A stretch of DNA of 64,000 nucleotides from an uncultured cyanobacterium (GTDB lineage Bacteria > Cyanobacteriota > Cyanobacteriia > PCC-6307 > Cyanobiaceae). The position numbers and the translations under genes are program-made. Below, piece after piece: positions 36,446-47,434 of the stretch. Numbering within the stretch: the first letter of the stretch is position 1; every line of letters begins with the position of its first letter. The DNA is taken from the NCBI GenBank assembly GCA_963697335.1, contig CAVONQ010000006.1:1-64000 (forward strand). Direction: 5' to 3'. The notes below the pieces were generated by a model. The model was not told the DNA's origin and did no database searches. It saw nothing but the letters and a program-made list of their open reading frames with translations.

Positions 36446-37417
36446 TTGGCGCCGATGACTCTTCTGAGCAGCCTGTTGGGTGTGCGGGTCAACCGCCGCC
36501 GCCGCCAGCTCTGGGCCATCTCCAGCGTGGCCCTGGTGCTGAGCCTGCTCGGCCTGGGACTCTCCTGGAGTTCGCCCAGCATCGGCGCGCCCCTGCGCCC
36601 GGGCCTGGATTTCACCGGCGGCACCCAGATCCAGATCGCCCGCCTCTGCGGTGAGCGCTGCGGCGATCTCGGCAGCGACCCGGTGGAAGCACGGCTGGAA
36701 GCCCTCACCCTGCCCCCTGAAGACGACGGGGCCCGGCCCCCCAGCCTGCGGGGCTCCGCCGTGCAGCTTCTTGACGGTGGAGAGCAGGTGCTGTTGCGCT
36801 TGCCCAGCCTCAGTGCCGCCCAGGGCCAGGCCGTGGTGGAGGGTCTGCAGCCCCTGCTGGGCAGCACCGATCCGGCCGGTCTCGCCGTGGAGACGATCGG
36901 CCCCACCCTGGGGGCGCGACTGCTGCAGGCCAGCCTGATCTCCCTGGCGGTGAGCTTCGTGGGCATCTCCGCCTACATCACCTTCCGCTACGACCGCCTG
37001 TTTGCCCTGCTGGCCCTGCTCTGCCTGGCCCATGACGTGCTGATCACCTGCGGCGTGTTCGCCTGGCTGGGGCTGCTGGCCGGGGTGGAGGTGAACAGCC
37101 TGTTTGCCGTGGCCCTGCTCACCATTGCCGGCTATTCGGTGAATGACACCGTTGTGATCTTTGATCGCATCCGGGAGAAACGGGGTCAGCTCAAGGAGTT
37201 GCCCCTGGCTGACCAGGCCGATGCCGCCGTGTCCGCCACCCTCACCCGCTCCCTCTACACCAGCTTCACCACCCTGCTGCCGTTGCTGGCCCTGATCCTG
37301 TTCGGGGGCAGCACCCTGTTCTGGTTCGCCGTCGCCCTCAGCGTGGGCGTGCTGGTGGGGGCCTGGTCGAGCGTGGCGGTGGCGCCCACCCTGTTGCCCG
37401 TGCTGGCGAAGTCCTGA
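36446..37417 (+). CDS. secF: Protein translocase subunit SecF
   Basis: GLDFTGG, IGPTLG, GYSVNDTVVIFDRIRE. Confidence 0.95.
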   Translation: MAPMTLLSSLLGVRVNRRRRQLWAISSVALVLSLLGLGLSWSSPSIGAPLRPGLDFTGGTQIQIARLCGERCGDLGSDPVEARLEALTLPPEDDGARPPSLRGSAVQLLDGGEQVLLRLPSLSAAQGQAVVEGLQPLLGSTDPAGLAVETIGPTLGARLLQASLISLAVSFVGISAYITFRYDRLFALLALLCLAHDVLITCGVFAWLGLLAGVEVNSLFAVALLTIAGYSVNDTVVIFDRIREKRGQLKELPLADQADAAVSATLTRSLYTSFTTLLPLLALILFGGSTLFWFAVALSVGVLVGAWSSVAVAPTLLPVLAKS

Positions 37418-37445
37418 CGGTGATCACCCCCATGAGCCCCCTGCC

Positions 37446-37631
37446 TTGAAGCGCCCGATTCCGGTGCTGCCGTTGCTGCTGGTTGTGCTGGCACTGCTGG
37501 ATCTGCGCTTCGAGCTGCGGCTCCTCGCCGACCACTTCACCTTCACCACCCTCTGGAACGCCGTGCTGCATCACGCCCTGGCGGTGGTGGTGCTGCTGTT
37601 GATTCCAGACCTCTGGCGGCGCTACCGCTGA
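37446..37631 (+). CDS. Small membrane hypothetical protein
   Basis: 61 aa, two hydrophobic stretches. Confidence 0.65.
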   Translation: MKRPIPVLPLLLVVLALLDLRFELRLLADHFTFTTLWNAVLHHALAVVVLLLIPDLWRRYR

Positions 37632-37652
37632 GCCGGGCCCAGGGTTCAGGGC

Positions 37653-38717
37653 TCAGGTGGTCCAGCGGTCCATCACCCGCTGCACCACCACGGTGCTGCA
37701 GAGCACCTGGAGCACCACCACCAGCGGCAGGGCCAGCAGCACCCCAGGCAGGCCCAGCAGGGTGCCCAGGCTCAGCTGGGCCATCAGGGCCACCGTGGGC
37801 AGCAGATTCACCGTGCGGCTGAGCAGAATCGGCGTGAGCACGAAGGCCTCGCCGTTCTGCAGCACCAGGCGCAGTACCAGCACCTGCAGCACCTTGGTGG
37901 GGGATACCAGCAGCGCCACGGCCAGGGGCAGCAGGGAGGCGGCTGTGGGGCCGATCGTGGGCACGAAGGTGAGCAGCCCGCACACCAGGGCGCTCAACAG
38001 GGCCAGGGGCACCTGCAGCAGACTCAACCCCGCCCAGGTGAGCAGAAACACCGTCACCGCCGAGATGGTCATCCCCGCCAGCCAGCCCCCCAGGGCGTCG
38101 CGGCACTCGTCGAGCAGCTCCACCACCTGCTGGCGCCACTTGGCGGGGGTGATCGCCACCACCAGCTGTCGATGGCGCCGGGGGTCGAGGGCCAGCAGGA
38201 TCGCCAGCAGCACCATCAACAGGAGTTGCACCGTGCTGTTGGCAGCCCCCCCCGCCACCCCAAGCAACTGGGCCCCCACCGGCTGCAGGCCCTCCCAGCT
38301 GTTCAGCCGCTCCAGGGTCTGATCGAGCCTGGGCAGCCAGGTGACGCGGGCGGCCAGCTCGGCCAGGCGGGCCCCCACCTCCGGGATCAGCTGCCCCAGC
38401 TGGCCGATCTGGCCCAGCAGCTCCGGCAGCAGTTGCTGGGTGAGCCAGGCTCCCAGCACCACCAGCATGGTGATCACCAGGGCCAGGGCCTGGGTGCGCT
38501 GCAGGCGCAGGCGCCGCATCAGCAGGGTGGTGGGCACATCCAGCGACACCGCCAGCACCACGGCGCCGAACAGCACGAGCAACACCCAGCGCAGGGCCCA
38601 GGTGACCATGGCCAGCACCACCAGCACCAGCACGCCGAGCACCGTGCGGGCATCGAGCCCACTGCGGGGCTGGCGGCGCCGGCCCCTGGCCGGGGCTTCA
38701 GGAGGCCGGTCTGCCAT
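37653..38717 (-). CDS. AI-2E family transporter
   Basis: LLTFVPTIGP, QNGEAFVLTP, GVLLALP. Confidence 0.9.
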   Translation of the reverse strand: MADRPPEAPARGRRRQPRSGLDARTVLGVLVLVVLAMVTWALRWVLLVLFGAVVLAVSLDVPTTLLMRRLRLQRTQALALVITMLVVLGAWLTQQLLPELLGQIGQLGQLIPEVGARLAELAARVTWLPRLDQTLERLNSWEGLQPVGAQLLGVAGGAANSTVQLLLMVLLAILLALDPRRHRQLVVAITPAKWRQQVVELLDECRDALGGWLAGMTISAVTVFLLTWAGLSLLQVPLALLSALVCGLLTFVPTIGPTAASLLPLAVALLVSPTKVLQVLVLRLVLQNGEAFVLTPILLSRTVNLLPTVALMAQLSLGTLLGLPGVLLALPLVVVLQVLCSTVVVQRVMDRWTT

Positions 38718-39775
38718 CAGCTGGCCAGGGGTGGCCGCTTCCAGCGGTTGAGCACATCGTGGATCAGCACCTCCTTCACCACCACCTGCAGGCACACCGC
38801 CAGGGGCAGGGCCAGCAGCAGTCCGAGCGGGCCGAACACCACCGTGAACAGCAGCTGGGCCGTGAGCGTGAGCCCCGGCAGAAGATTCAGCTGGTGCTGC
38901 ATCACCGAAGGCGTGATCAGATAGCTCTCCAGGTTCTGCACCGCCACATAGAGGAGCAGCACCGCCAGGGCCTTGATGGGGCTGTCCAGCAGCGCCACCG
39001 ACATCGGAAACACCGTGCTGAGGGTGGGTCCGATGTTGGGAATGATGTTGAGCAGACCGGCCAGCACCGCATTGGCGGCCACCAGCTTCACGCCCAGCAG
39101 GCTGAGGCCGATCGCGGCCAGCACCCCCACGCACAGGGAGCTGATCAGCACGCCCACCATCCAGCCACTGAGGGCATCGCCGCAGCCCACCAAGACGTTG
39201 CGGAACCGCCGCCGGTAGAAGGAGGGCACCAGCAGCACGGCGATCTCCCGATAGGCCAGGGGCTGCAGGGTGATCATCAGGGCCACCGCCACCACGAACA
39301 GCAGCTGCAGCAGGCCCGTGCCCAGGCCGCCGGCCAGCCCCAGCAGCTGCAGGGCTCCGCCGCGCAGGTTGGTGGTGTCATCGCCGCTGAACAGGCCCTC
39401 GCGCAACCAATCCAGGCCGCCATCGCTCTGGCCGTAGAGCATCTGGCTGGCCCTGGAAATCACGTCCCGGGTCAGATTGAGCAAGGTGGTGGCTGCCGCG
39501 GGCAGTTTGGAGAGCAATTCGGCGAACTGCTCAATGAAGGGCGGGATCACGGCCGTGGCCAGCACCGCCAGCACCACCGACACCAGGCTGAGGCTGAGCA
39601 CCACCGCCAGGGGACGGCTGCAGCCCAGCCGCTGGCGCATCCAGCCGATCAGGGTGCAGAGGGCCATGGCCAGCACCACAGCCGCAAACAGGGTGAGCAG
39701 GCTCTGGCGCAGGGTCCACAGCAGCGTCAGCGCTGCCACCAGGGCGAACAGGCCGAGCCATTGGCCGAACCGCAA
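38717..39775 (-). CDS. AI-2E family transporter
   Basis: LLNIIPNIGP, QNLESYLITP, GLLLALP; TTG start inferred. Confidence 0.9.
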   Translation of the reverse strand: MRFGQWLGLFALVAALTLLWTLRQSLLTLFAAVVLAMALCTLIGWMRQRLGCSRPLAVVLSLSLVSVVLAVLATAVIPPFIEQFAELLSKLPAAATTLLNLTRDVISRASQMLYGQSDGGLDWLREGLFSGDDTTNLRGGALQLLGLAGGLGTGLLQLLFVVAVALMITLQPLAYREIAVLLVPSFYRRRFRNVLVGCGDALSGWMVGVLISSLCVGVLAAIGLSLLGVKLVAANAVLAGLLNIIPNIGPTLSTVFPMSVALLDSPIKALAVLLLYVAVQNLESYLITPSVMQHQLNLLPGLTLTAQLLFTVVFGPLGLLLALPLAVCLQVVVKEVLIHDVLNRWKRPPLAS

Positions 39776-39779
39776 GGTC

Positions 39780-40178
39780 TCAGTCCTCGCTGGGGGCGTC
39801 GCCGGCACCCTCCTCTGGTGCGGCGGCAGCTTCACCCCCACCCTGGCCCGAGAAGCCCAGCTCATGGCTGTCGGCATAGCGCTGGGCAAAGCGCATGAAC
39901 CGATCGAAATCCGTGGTGGTCTTCCAGGTGTAGGTGGCCTCAAGGGCACTGGCCTTGCCGTTCACGAAGCGGGCCTTGACCTCCCGGGTCACCATCTCGC
40001 CCTCCTCATCCACCAGGAACATGCCGGTGATGTCTCCCATGGTTTCAGGGGCCAGGGCCTGGGGCTCCTCGAACACGAACATCGCCTGGCCGGTGCGCCC
40101 GTCCCGGGAGCGCGTCAGCCGGATGTCGGGCACGACCGGTTCATCCACACCACGGAAGAACTGAATGGCTGCACCCAT
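39780..40178 (-). CDS. psb28: Photosystem II assembly protein Psb28
   Basis: [23 protein letters not shown]...[10 protein letters not shown]. Confidence 0.95.
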   Translation of the reverse strand: MGAAIQFFRGVDEPVVPDIRLTRSRDGRTGQAMFVFEEPQALAPETMGDITGMFLVDEEGEMVTREVKARFVNGKASALEATYTWKTTTDFDRFMRFAQRYADSHELGFSGQGGGEAAAAPEEGAGDAPSED

Positions 40179-40308
40179 GGGGAAGTGGCAAAGCTCAATC
40201 CTAGGCAGTGGTCCTGAAATGGCCCCGAGCTTGCCCTGAAGGGGCCTTCTGGCCCGGCAGCCGCCTGACATAGTGGAGCCAGCGGGCCCTGCTCAGACAC
40301 GCTCATCC

Positions 40309-41031
40309 ATGCTCTCCGGCGCACCGGTTTCCGCCAACGTCAGCCCTGAAGATCTGCTCCAGCGCTTCCAGGCGGCCACGGCGCGGCAGCGCCGCGCCCT
40401 GCTGGGCCCCGTGCAGCAGAGGGTCGCCGAGCTCAGGCCCCTGCTGGCCGACCATCTGGCCGGCCTGGACGCCACAGGCGACGACTGGGCTGCCGGCGCC
40501 CTGATCCAGCTGTTGCTGGAGAGCCCCAGCGGCGAGGCCCAGGCCTTCCTGGACCTCCATCCCCAGGGCTGGCTCGCCACGTCCAGTGCTGTGGGGATCG
40601 ACTTTGCCCCCTTGCAGCAGCAGCTCGCCCGCATGGCCTTCGAGGAGGCCGACCGTCTCACCAGCTCCATCCTGCGGGAACTGGCCGGCTCGGCTGCCGT
40701 GAAGCGCGGCTACGTGTACTACAGCGAAGTGCCGGCCATGCCGGCTCCAGACCTGGAGGTCCTCGATCGCCTCTGGGTCTTCTATTCGCGCGGGCGCTTC
40801 GGTTTCTCGGTGCAGGGTCGCCTGCTGCAGGGCTGCCAGGGGCGCTGGGAGCAGCTCTGGCCCCGGCTGGGCTGGAAGCAGGACGGCCGCTGGACCCGTT
40901 ACCCGGGTTCCTTTCAGTGGTCGATCGAGGCCCCGGAAGGCCACATGCCCCTGGTGAACCAGCTGCGCGGGGTGCGCCTGATGGATGCGCTGCTCAACCA
41001 CCCAGCCCTGCAACAACGCATCAACCGTTGA
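40309..41031 (+). CDS. gun4: GUN4 Mg-chelatase cofactor
   Basis: EEADRLT, DRLW..YSRGRFGFSVQ, APEGHMP. Confidence 0.9.
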   Translation: MLSGAPVSANVSPEDLLQRFQAATARQRRALLGPVQQRVAELRPLLADHLAGLDATGDDWAAGALIQLLLESPSGEAQAFLDLHPQGWLATSSAVGIDFAPLQQQLARMAFEEADRLTSSILRELAGSAAVKRGYVYYSEVPAMPAPDLEVLDRLWVFYSRGRFGFSVQGRLLQGCQGRWEQLWPRLGWKQDGRWTRYPGSFQWSIEAPEGHMPLVNQLRGVRLMDALLNHPALQQRINR

Positions 41032-41095
41032 CGGCCCAGGGCTGGTGCCCAACCCCCCTGACACCTAGGGTCAAACCAAGGCCAAGAACCTGTGG

Positions 41096-41536
41096 TTGAT
41101 GGCGCTCCGCTGGTCTGATTTCATCACCCCTTCCACGCTCCAGCTGGCCCCCCTGGTGGAGTTGCTGCTGGAGCCTGTGCGCTGCCTGCAGCTGCAGGCG
41201 GAGCTGCAGCTGGGGCTGCAGGAGGCCCTGGTGAACGCGGTTCGCCACGGCAATGGCTGCGATCCGGCCAAGTGTCTGCGCATCCGCCGCATCGAAACCC
41301 CCCGCTGGGTGGTGTGGCAGGTGCAGGATGAGGGCCCTGGGGTGCCGCAAGCGGCGCGGTGCTGCCAGTTGCCCCTGGCCGTGGATGCCGCCGATGGCCG
41401 GGGGCTGTTCCTGATTCACCACTGCTTTGATGACGTGCGCTGGAGCCCGCGCGGCAACCGCCTGCAGCTGGCCGTGAAGCGTGAGCGCATGCGACCGGCG
41501 CTCAGCGCCCGTGGCTGGGGCAGCCTGGATCGCTGA
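41096..41536 (+). CDS. RsbW-like ATP-binding (anti-sigma/HATPase) protein
   Basis: QEALVNAVRHGN, QDEGPG, GRGLFLI. Confidence 0.85.
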   Translation: MMALRWSDFITPSTLQLAPLVELLLEPVRCLQLQAELQLGLQEALVNAVRHGNGCDPAKCLRIRRIETPRWVVWQVQDEGPGVPQAARCCQLPLAVDAADGRGLFLIHHCFDDVRWSPRGNRLQLAVKRERMRPALSARGWGSLDR

Positions 41537-41906
41537 TCTCGGCCTTGAGCCACAGCAGGGCGTGCTCCACCAGGGCCAGGGCTTCCTGCCGTGCCGGCGT
41601 GGTCTGGCGAACGCCCGGATGATCGGAGCTGGTGAGTTGCACCAGGGCGGCAGCCAGCTGCTCAGCTCCACGCCGGCAGCGCTGGGTCTTGAGGGCGTGC
41701 CAGTCGCGGTCACCGATGCTGAGCGAGCGATGCAGGGCCCGGGCCTGCTCGGCGGCCCCATCCGGCCAGCCAGCGCCGCCAGCGGGGGGCGGGGCCCCAG
41801 AAGACAGGGATGAAGCCGTTTCCACTGGACGAATCTGCGTCGGCCGGACCATCCTGACGGTTCTGCCGCGCACCTGGGCTGGAACCACTGATGCCCACCC
41901 CGCCAC
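41502..41906 (-). CDS. Conserved cyanobacterial protein (DUF6439-like)
   Basis: LSIGDRDWHALK...EQLAAAL...DPGCPSH; start uncertain. Confidence 0.75.
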   Translation of the reverse strand: MAGWASVVPAQVRGRTVRMVRPTQIRPVETASSLSSGAPPPAGGAGWPDGAAEQARALHRSLSIGDRDWHALKTQRCRRGAEQLAAALVQLTSSDHPGVRQTTPARQEALALVEHALLWLKAEISDPGCPSHGR

Positions 41907-42175
41907 AACGCTCGCGGCGCCGCAGCCTTCGGGGACCTCGGCGCCCGGTGGCCCTGTTGCACCATCTCGACGGCCTCCTCACCCTGGCGGCCATGGCGAC
42001 ACGGGTCAGCGGCGTCCGTCAGCGCCGGCATCGGCAGCGGCTGGCCCTGGCCCAGCGCTTGCTGGACCCCCTGCCCGGCGAGCTGGCCTCGCCGCAGCGC
42101 GTTGAGGTGTGGTTCTGGCGCCTGTGGCGCTGGGGCACACCGGGCCTGCTGCTGGCCTGGTGGTTGAGGAGCTGA
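41891..42175 (+). CDS. Hypothetical protein
   Basis: C-terminal LWRWGTPGLLLAWWL membrane anchor. Confidence 0.5.
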   Translation: MPTPPQRSRRRSLRGPRRPVALLHHLDGLLTLAAMATRVSGVRQRRHRQRLALAQRLLDPLPGELASPQRVEVWFWRLWRWGTPGLLLAWWLRS

Positions 42176-42212
42176 AGGCCTGGGCCTCAGTGCTAGTTTC
42201 TGCGCCGCAGAC

Positions 42213-43232
42213 ATGGCGGCGGCGGGGATGGGACTGTTCGATTCCCGGGATCGATTTCTGCAGTTCTGTGAGCCCTTTCAGCAGCTCACCAACTCCCAGA
42301 GCCTGCAGGATCTTTTTGCCCTCTATTGCCAGGGCCCGAAGCCCGGCTACTTCCTCGAATTCGGCCTCGCCAACGGCAGTCGCCTCTCCAACACCCTGCT
42401 GCTCGAGATCATGGGCTGGAAGGGCCTGGGTGGAGAGCCCAATCCCCTGTTACGGCGCGATGCGGAGGCCCGGCGTTCGATCCCGGTGGTGGCCGAGGCC
42501 CTCTATTCCCGAACCGGCGACACACTGAGCTTTGCCTGCAACGGCCTCTACGGCGGTCTGGACGCCACAGGTGAGCGCCGGGTGACGGAGCCCCGCTCTG
42601 GATTCACCGATACGATCGAGGTTCCCACGATCACCTTGGGAGACCTGCTGGATCGGCATGCTGCTCCGAAAGTGATTGATTATTTTTCCCTGGATGTGGA
42701 GGGGGCCGAATTAATGGTGCTCAGCCATTTACCGCTGGATCGCTATCGGTTCCGCTGCTTCACCATCGAGCACAACTTCTCGCCGGAACGACAACAGATC
42801 CTGCGGCTGATGCAGCAGCAGGGTTTCCGGCGGGTGTTCAAGGAGCTCAGTGGCCACGACGACTGGTACGTGAACACAGCCGCCCGTTTCCGCGGCTGGC
42901 CCAACCGGTTGCTGCGGCGCCTGGATGACGAGCGCGGCCGCCTGCACTTGGCCCGGATTCAGGCTGGAGTGCTGCACGACCCCGAGTCGGCCATCGCCAG
43001 GCTCTACGCCGTGATCTTCTCCAGGGCCAAGCCCCACCCCCGTGGCTTCCTGGAGCTGGCTGGCCTGTTGGAAGCCCAGGGTCGTCCCCTGGAGGCGGCA
43101 GGAGTGCTTGAGCGCGGCCACGGCCTCCACCCCGGCAACGCCCGTCTGGTGAGCCGCCTCGCAGCGGCAAGGGCCCAGCCGGGCACGATCTGTGAAGGAA
43201 ATCTAGATCCAGTATCGACGGCTACACCCTGA
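42213..43232 (+). CDS. FkbM-family methyltransferase with TPR-like C-terminus
   Basis: SQSLQD, GYFLEFG..NG..LSNT, IDYFSLDVEGAE, IEHN. Confidence 0.85.
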   Translation: MAAAGMGLFDSRDRFLQFCEPFQQLTNSQSLQDLFALYCQGPKPGYFLEFGLANGSRLSNTLLLEIMGWKGLGGEPNPLLRRDAEARRSIPVVAEALYSRTGDTLSFACNGLYGGLDATGERRVTEPRSGFTDTIEVPTITLGDLLDRHAAPKVIDYFSLDVEGAELMVLSHLPLDRYRFRCFTIEHNFSPERQQILRLMQQQGFRRVFKELSGHDDWYVNTAARFRGWPNRLLRRLDDERGRLHLARIQAGVLHDPESAIARLYAVIFSRAKPHPRGFLELAGLLEAQGRPLEAAGVLERGHGLHPGNARLVSRLAAARAQPGTICEGNLDPVSTATP

Positions 43233-43521
43233 CGCGAGAATTGGTGTACCACAGCCCTCAAGGAGAGGTCATGGTTGCCCTTCCCCTGTCGATCCCGCTC
43301 GCTGTCGGTGACCGCGGCCAGTCTCGACCCGACCCCGTCTTCCTGGCCTGGGCCCAGCAGCACAGCCGCGAACGGCGCCGGCATGGCGCTGAGCTGGCCC
43401 AGATCACCCGCCACCCCGAGCTCAATCCCAACGCTGGTGCGGCGCACCAGCTCAAGGCCTGGGCCGCGCGCCATGCCCACAAGAAGCATCTGCACGGCAG
43501 CGCCCTGGCCCAGATCCGCCC

Positions 43522-44940
43522 TCATGCGTCGTAGTACATCACGAATTCGTGGGGGTGGGGCCGCTGGCGCAGCTGCTGCACCTCCTCGTACTTGAGGTCA
43601 ATCCAGTTGCTGAGGAAGTCGGCGCTGAACACCTCACCCTCCATCAGGTAGTGCTTGTCGGCATCGAGGGCTTCCAGGGCTCCATGGAGGGAGGCCGGCA
43701 CTGTGGCGATCCGCGCCAGCTCGTCGGCGCTGAGCTCGAAGAGGTCCAGGTCAGTGCCGTCTCCGGGGTCGATCTGATTCTTGATGCCGTCGATGCCGGC
43801 CATCAGCATCGCCGCAAAGCCCAGATAGGGGTTGGAGAGGGCGTCGCCGGAGCGAAACTCCAGGCGCTTGGCCCTGGGGTTGGGACCCGTCAGCGGAATC
43901 CGCACCGCGGCCGAGCGGTTCCCCTGGGAATAGACCAGGTTCACCGGCGCCTCGAAACCCGGCACCAGGCGCTTGTAGCTGTTGGTGGTGGGATTGGTGA
44001 AGGCGAGGAAACTGGGGGCGTGCTTGAGCAGGCCGCCGATGTACCAGCGGGCCGTCTGGGAGAGGTTGGCGTAGGTGCCTTCGCCAAAAAACAGGGGATC
44101 GCCCCCCTTCCAGAGGCTCTGGTGCACGTGCATACCACTGCCGTTATCGGCAAACACCGGTTTGGGCATGAAGGTGGCTGTCTTGCCGTATCGCTTGGCA
44201 ATGTTGCGCACCACATATTTGTAGATCATCACGTTGTCCGCGGCGCTGATCAACTCGGCGAACTTCATGCCGAGTTCGTGCTGCGCCGTGGCCACCTCAT
44301 GGTGTTGTTTCTCGATCGGCACCCCCAGGCTGGCCATGGTGAGCAGCATTTCGCTGCGCATGTCCTGCATCGTGTCGTTGGGGCCCACAGGGAAGTAGCC
44401 CTCTTTGAGGGCGATCTTGTAGGCCAGATTGCCGCCCTCCTCCTGGCGCCCACTGTTCCAGGGGGCCTCGATGGAATCGACGCTGTAAAAACTGCTGCCG
44501 TTGCCGGAATTGAAGCGCACATCGTCGAACACGAAGAACTCCGGCTCGGGGCCGAAGTAGGCCATGTCGGCAATGCCGGTGGAGCCCAGATACTCGAGCG
44601 CCTTCTGGGCCAGGGCGCGGGGGCAGCGCCCGTAGGGCTCGCCGCTGCGGGGCTCCTGGATCGAGCAGATCAGGCTGAGGGTCTTGTGGCTGTAAAAGGG
44701 GTCGATCCAGGCGGTGTTCGGATCAGGCACCATCGCCATGTCCGACTCATTGATGGCCTTCCAGCCGCGGATGGATGAGCCATCGAACGCCACCCCGCTG
44801 ACAAAGGCGTCCTCGTCGATCAGATCCCTGCACACGGTGAGGTGCTGCCACTTGCCGTGCAGGTCAACGAACTTGAGGTCGATCAGCTCAATGCCGTCGT
44901 CCTGAATCTGACGCAAGACATCGTGAGCGGTTTTGGCCAT
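43522..44940 (-). CDS. glnA: Glutamine synthetase type I
   Basis: [46 protein letters not shown]. Confidence 0.98.
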   Translation of the reverse strand: MAKTAHDVLRQIQDDGIELIDLKFVDLHGKWQHLTVCRDLIDEDAFVSGVAFDGSSIRGWKAINESDMAMVPDPNTAWIDPFYSHKTLSLICSIQEPRSGEPYGRCPRALAQKALEYLGSTGIADMAYFGPEPEFFVFDDVRFNSGNGSSFYSVDSIEAPWNSGRQEEGGNLAYKIALKEGYFPVGPNDTMQDMRSEMLLTMASLGVPIEKQHHEVATAQHELGMKFAELISAADNVMIYKYVVRNIAKRYGKTATFMPKPVFADNGSGMHVHQSLWKGGDPLFFGEGTYANLSQTARWYIGGLLKHAPSFLAFTNPTTNSYKRLVPGFEAPVNLVYSQGNRSAAVRIPLTGPNPRAKRLEFRSGDALSNPYLGFAAMLMAGIDGIKNQIDPGDGTDLDLFELSADELARIATVPASLHGALEALDADKHYLMEGEVFSADFLSNWIDLKYEEVQQLRQRPHPHEFVMYYDA

Positions 44941-44984
44941 GGAGCAATGCAGGGGGTGATGCCGGCCCTTGGCGGCGTGGCCGG

Positions 44985-45027
44985 AAGGTAGGGAGCCTGC
45001 CAACCGACACCTTGTAGCCCTTGCTAC
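44985..45027 (-). promoter_or_regulatory. NtcA-activated promoter of glnA
   Basis: Minus strand GTAGCAAGGGCTAC (GTA-N8-TAC, 45014-45027), 23-nt spacer, TACCTT (TAN3T -10, 44985-44990). Confidence 0.85.
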
Positions 45028-45149
45028 CGAAGCCCCGGGCCTGCTTGCGTAACTGTTTTTCTCAGATCGGCCAGATCGCGCCCTGCGCCTGGGTTCTTGT
45101 CAGTCGCGAGTGCTAGCTTCCGCCGCAGGTGCGTCGAACTTTTCGAACC

Positions 45150-45680
45150 ATGCGCGATGCCATCACCGGTCTGATCGGCCGCTACGACCAGCTGGGCCGC
45201 TACCTCGACCGGGATGCGATCGACCGCATCAATGCCTACTACGCCGAATCGGCCCTGCGGCTGCGGGCCGTGGAGCTGATCAACCGCGAGGCCGCCGCCA
45301 TCGTGCGCGAGGCGTCCCAGCGGCTCTGGCTCGATGACCCCGAGCTGATCCTGCCCGGCGGCAACGCCTACACCACCCGCCGCCTCTCGGCCTGCCTGCG
45401 GGACATGGACTATTTCCTGCGCTACGCCAGCTATGCCCTGGTGGCTGCCGATGCCTCGATCCTCAACGAGCGCGTGCTCAACGGCCTTGACGACACCTAC
45501 AAGAGTCTGGGCGTGCCCACCGGCCCCACAGTGCGCAGCATTGCCCTGATGGGCGATGTGGTCTGCGAGCTGCTGGCGGCGGAAGGCAATGCTGACCCCT
45601 CGGCGCTGGCCGCCGTGGTGCGCGTACCCTTCGAGCACCTCTGCCGTGGGCTGGGTGCCAGCAACGTGCGCGCCCGCTAA
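45150..45680 (+). CDS. apcF: Allophycocyanin beta-18 subunit
   Basis: MRDAITGLIGRYDQLGRYLD...PGGNAYTTRRLSACLRDMDY. Confidence 0.95.
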   Translation: MRDAITGLIGRYDQLGRYLDRDAIDRINAYYAESALRLRAVELINREAAAIVREASQRLWLDDPELILPGGNAYTTRRLSACLRDMDYFLRYASYALVAADASILNERVLNGLDDTYKSLGVPTGPTVRSIALMGDVVCELLAAEGNADPSALAAVVRVPFEHLCRGLGASNVRAR

Positions 45681-45712
45681 TTCCACCGTTCACCTTTTCC
45701 TCCCCAGGCCCC

Positions 45713-46906
45713 TTGTCTGCGCTGCCCTCCGTCAACAACGCCCATCGCCGTGCGCTCGGGCCTATCGCCACGCCCGATCGTCTGTTGCTCGGCCCAGGGC
45801 CCTCCAATGCCCACCCCACGGTGCTGCAGGCCCTGGCACGCACGCCGATCGGCCACCTCGATCCGCTCTATGTGGAGCTGATGGGGGAAGTGCAGGAGCT
45901 GCTGCGCTACGCCTGGCAGACCGACAACCGGCTCACCATCCCCATGAGCGGCACGGGCAGCGCCGCCATGGAGGCGACCCTGGCGAACACCCTCGAACCG
46001 GGTGACAAGGTGCTGGTGGCGGTGAAGGGGTACTTCGGCCTGCGGCTGGTGGACATGGCCGGTCGCTACCGCGCCGACGTGGTGACGATCGAGCGGCCCT
46101 GGGGTGAGGCCTTCACCTACGAGGAGATCGAGGCGGCCGTGAAGCTGCACAAGCCGGCGGTGCTGGCCATGGTGCATGCGGAGACCTCCACGGGCATCTG
46201 CCAGCCGATGGATGGCATCGGCGACCTCTGTCGCGCCCACGACTGCCTGCTGCTGCTCGACACCGTCACCTCCCTCGGCGCTGTTCCCGTCTACCTCGAT
46301 GACTGGAAGGTGGACCTGGCCTACAGCTGCAGCCAGAAGGGTCTCAGCTGCCCCCCCGGGCTGGGTCCGTTCACCATGGGTCCCCGGGCCGAAGCCAAGA
46401 TGGAGTCCCGCCAGGGCAAGGTGCCCAACTGGTATCTCGATGTCACCTTGCTGAACCGCTACTGGGGCAGTGATCGGGTGTACCACCACACCGCTCCGGT
46501 GAACATGAACTTCGGCATGCGCGAGGCCCTGCGCCTCCTGGCCGAGGAGGGGCTCGAGCAGGCCTGGACCCGCCACCGTCGCAACGCCGAACGCCTCTGG
46601 GCCGGCCTCGAAGACCTGGGCCTCTCCCTCCACGCTCCTGAGCATCTGCGCCTGCCCACCCTCACCACGGTGCGCATCCCTGACGGGGTGGACGGCAAGG
46701 CCTTCTGCCTGCACCTGCTCAACACCCACGGCATCGAGGTGGGTGGGGGGCTCGGTGCCCTGGCCGGCAAGGTGTGGCGGATCGGCCTGATGGGCTTCAA
46801 CAGTCAGCCAGAGAACGTGGATCGCCTGCTGGAACTGTTCCGCACCGAATTGCCGGCCTTCCGTCCTGGGGCGGCGTCGGGTCGGCCCACTGCCGTCGCT
46901 GTCTGA
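45713..46906 (+). CDS. Alanine-glyoxylate / serine-pyruvate aminotransferase
   Basis: [29 protein letters not shown]. Confidence 0.95.
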   Translation: MSALPSVNNAHRRALGPIATPDRLLLGPGPSNAHPTVLQALARTPIGHLDPLYVELMGEVQELLRYAWQTDNRLTIPMSGTGSAAMEATLANTLEPGDKVLVAVKGYFGLRLVDMAGRYRADVVTIERPWGEAFTYEEIEAAVKLHKPAVLAMVHAETSTGICQPMDGIGDLCRAHDCLLLLDTVTSLGAVPVYLDDWKVDLAYSCSQKGLSCPPGLGPFTMGPRAEAKMESRQGKVPNWYLDVTLLNRYWGSDRVYHHTAPVNMNFGMREALRLLAEEGLEQAWTRHRRNAERLWAGLEDLGLSLHAPEHLRLPTLTTVRIPDGVDGKAFCLHLLNTHGIEVGGGLGALAGKVWRIGLMGFNSQPENVDRLLELFRTELPAFRPGAASGRPTAVAV

Positions 46907-47381
46907 ACCAGCCGCTGAGCTGGTGGCCGGCAGCTTCGGCCTCCACGCCGGCCACCACGCGCATGTGATGGTGGGCACTGGGATGGCGCACCAGGTCCAG
47001 GGCCCCTCCCACCCCTCCCCGCTTGGGGTCGGGGGCGGCGTAGACCAGGGTGCCGAGCCGCGCCTGCACCAGGGCTCCGGCACACATGGGGCAGGGCTCG
47101 AGGGTCACCAGCAGGGTGCACTGGTTCAGGCGCCAGTCCCCCAGCAGGCGGCTGGCCTGGGCGATCGCCACCAGTTCCGCATGGCCCAGGGGATCCTGGC
47201 GATGGTGGCGGCGGTTGCCGCCCCAGCCGATGCAGCGGCCGCCGGCATCCAGCACCACCGCCGCCACGGGTATTTCGCCGCTGGCCCCCAGGCGGCGGGC
47301 GCAGCGCAGCAGGCGCTGCATCCAGAAGCTGTTGAGCCCCCGGTCGTTGCCGGAGGCCCCGTGGCTGACACTGCTGGCCAT
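46797..47381 (-). CDS. tadA: tRNA adenosine deaminase family
   Basis: GEIPVAA, HAE, TLEPCPMCAGA. Confidence 0.9.
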   Translation of the reverse strand: MASSVSHGASGNDRGLNSFWMQRLLRCARRLGASGEIPVAAVVLDAGGRCIGWGGNRRHHRQDPLGHAELVAIAQASRLLGDWRLNQCTLLVTLEPCPMCAGALVQARLGTLVYAAPDPKRGGVGGALDLVRHPSAHHHMRVVAGVEAEAAGHQLSGWFRQRRQWADPTPPQDGRPAIRCGTVPAGDPRSLADC

Positions 47382-47434
47382 TGCTGCTCCCGCAGGCCCT
47401 GGTTGCTTGTGGCTCAGCGAGCCTGCAGGTGAGA

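Noticed and set aside
43241..43534. 97-aa + strand ORF between fkbM and glnA
   Set aside because: TTG start, no recognisable family, overlaps the glnA end; it could be real, but I cannot support it.
46797..46906. 110-nt convergent overlap of tadA and the aminotransferase
   Set aside because: Low-complexity C-terminal tails in a GC-rich genome; no sign of function.
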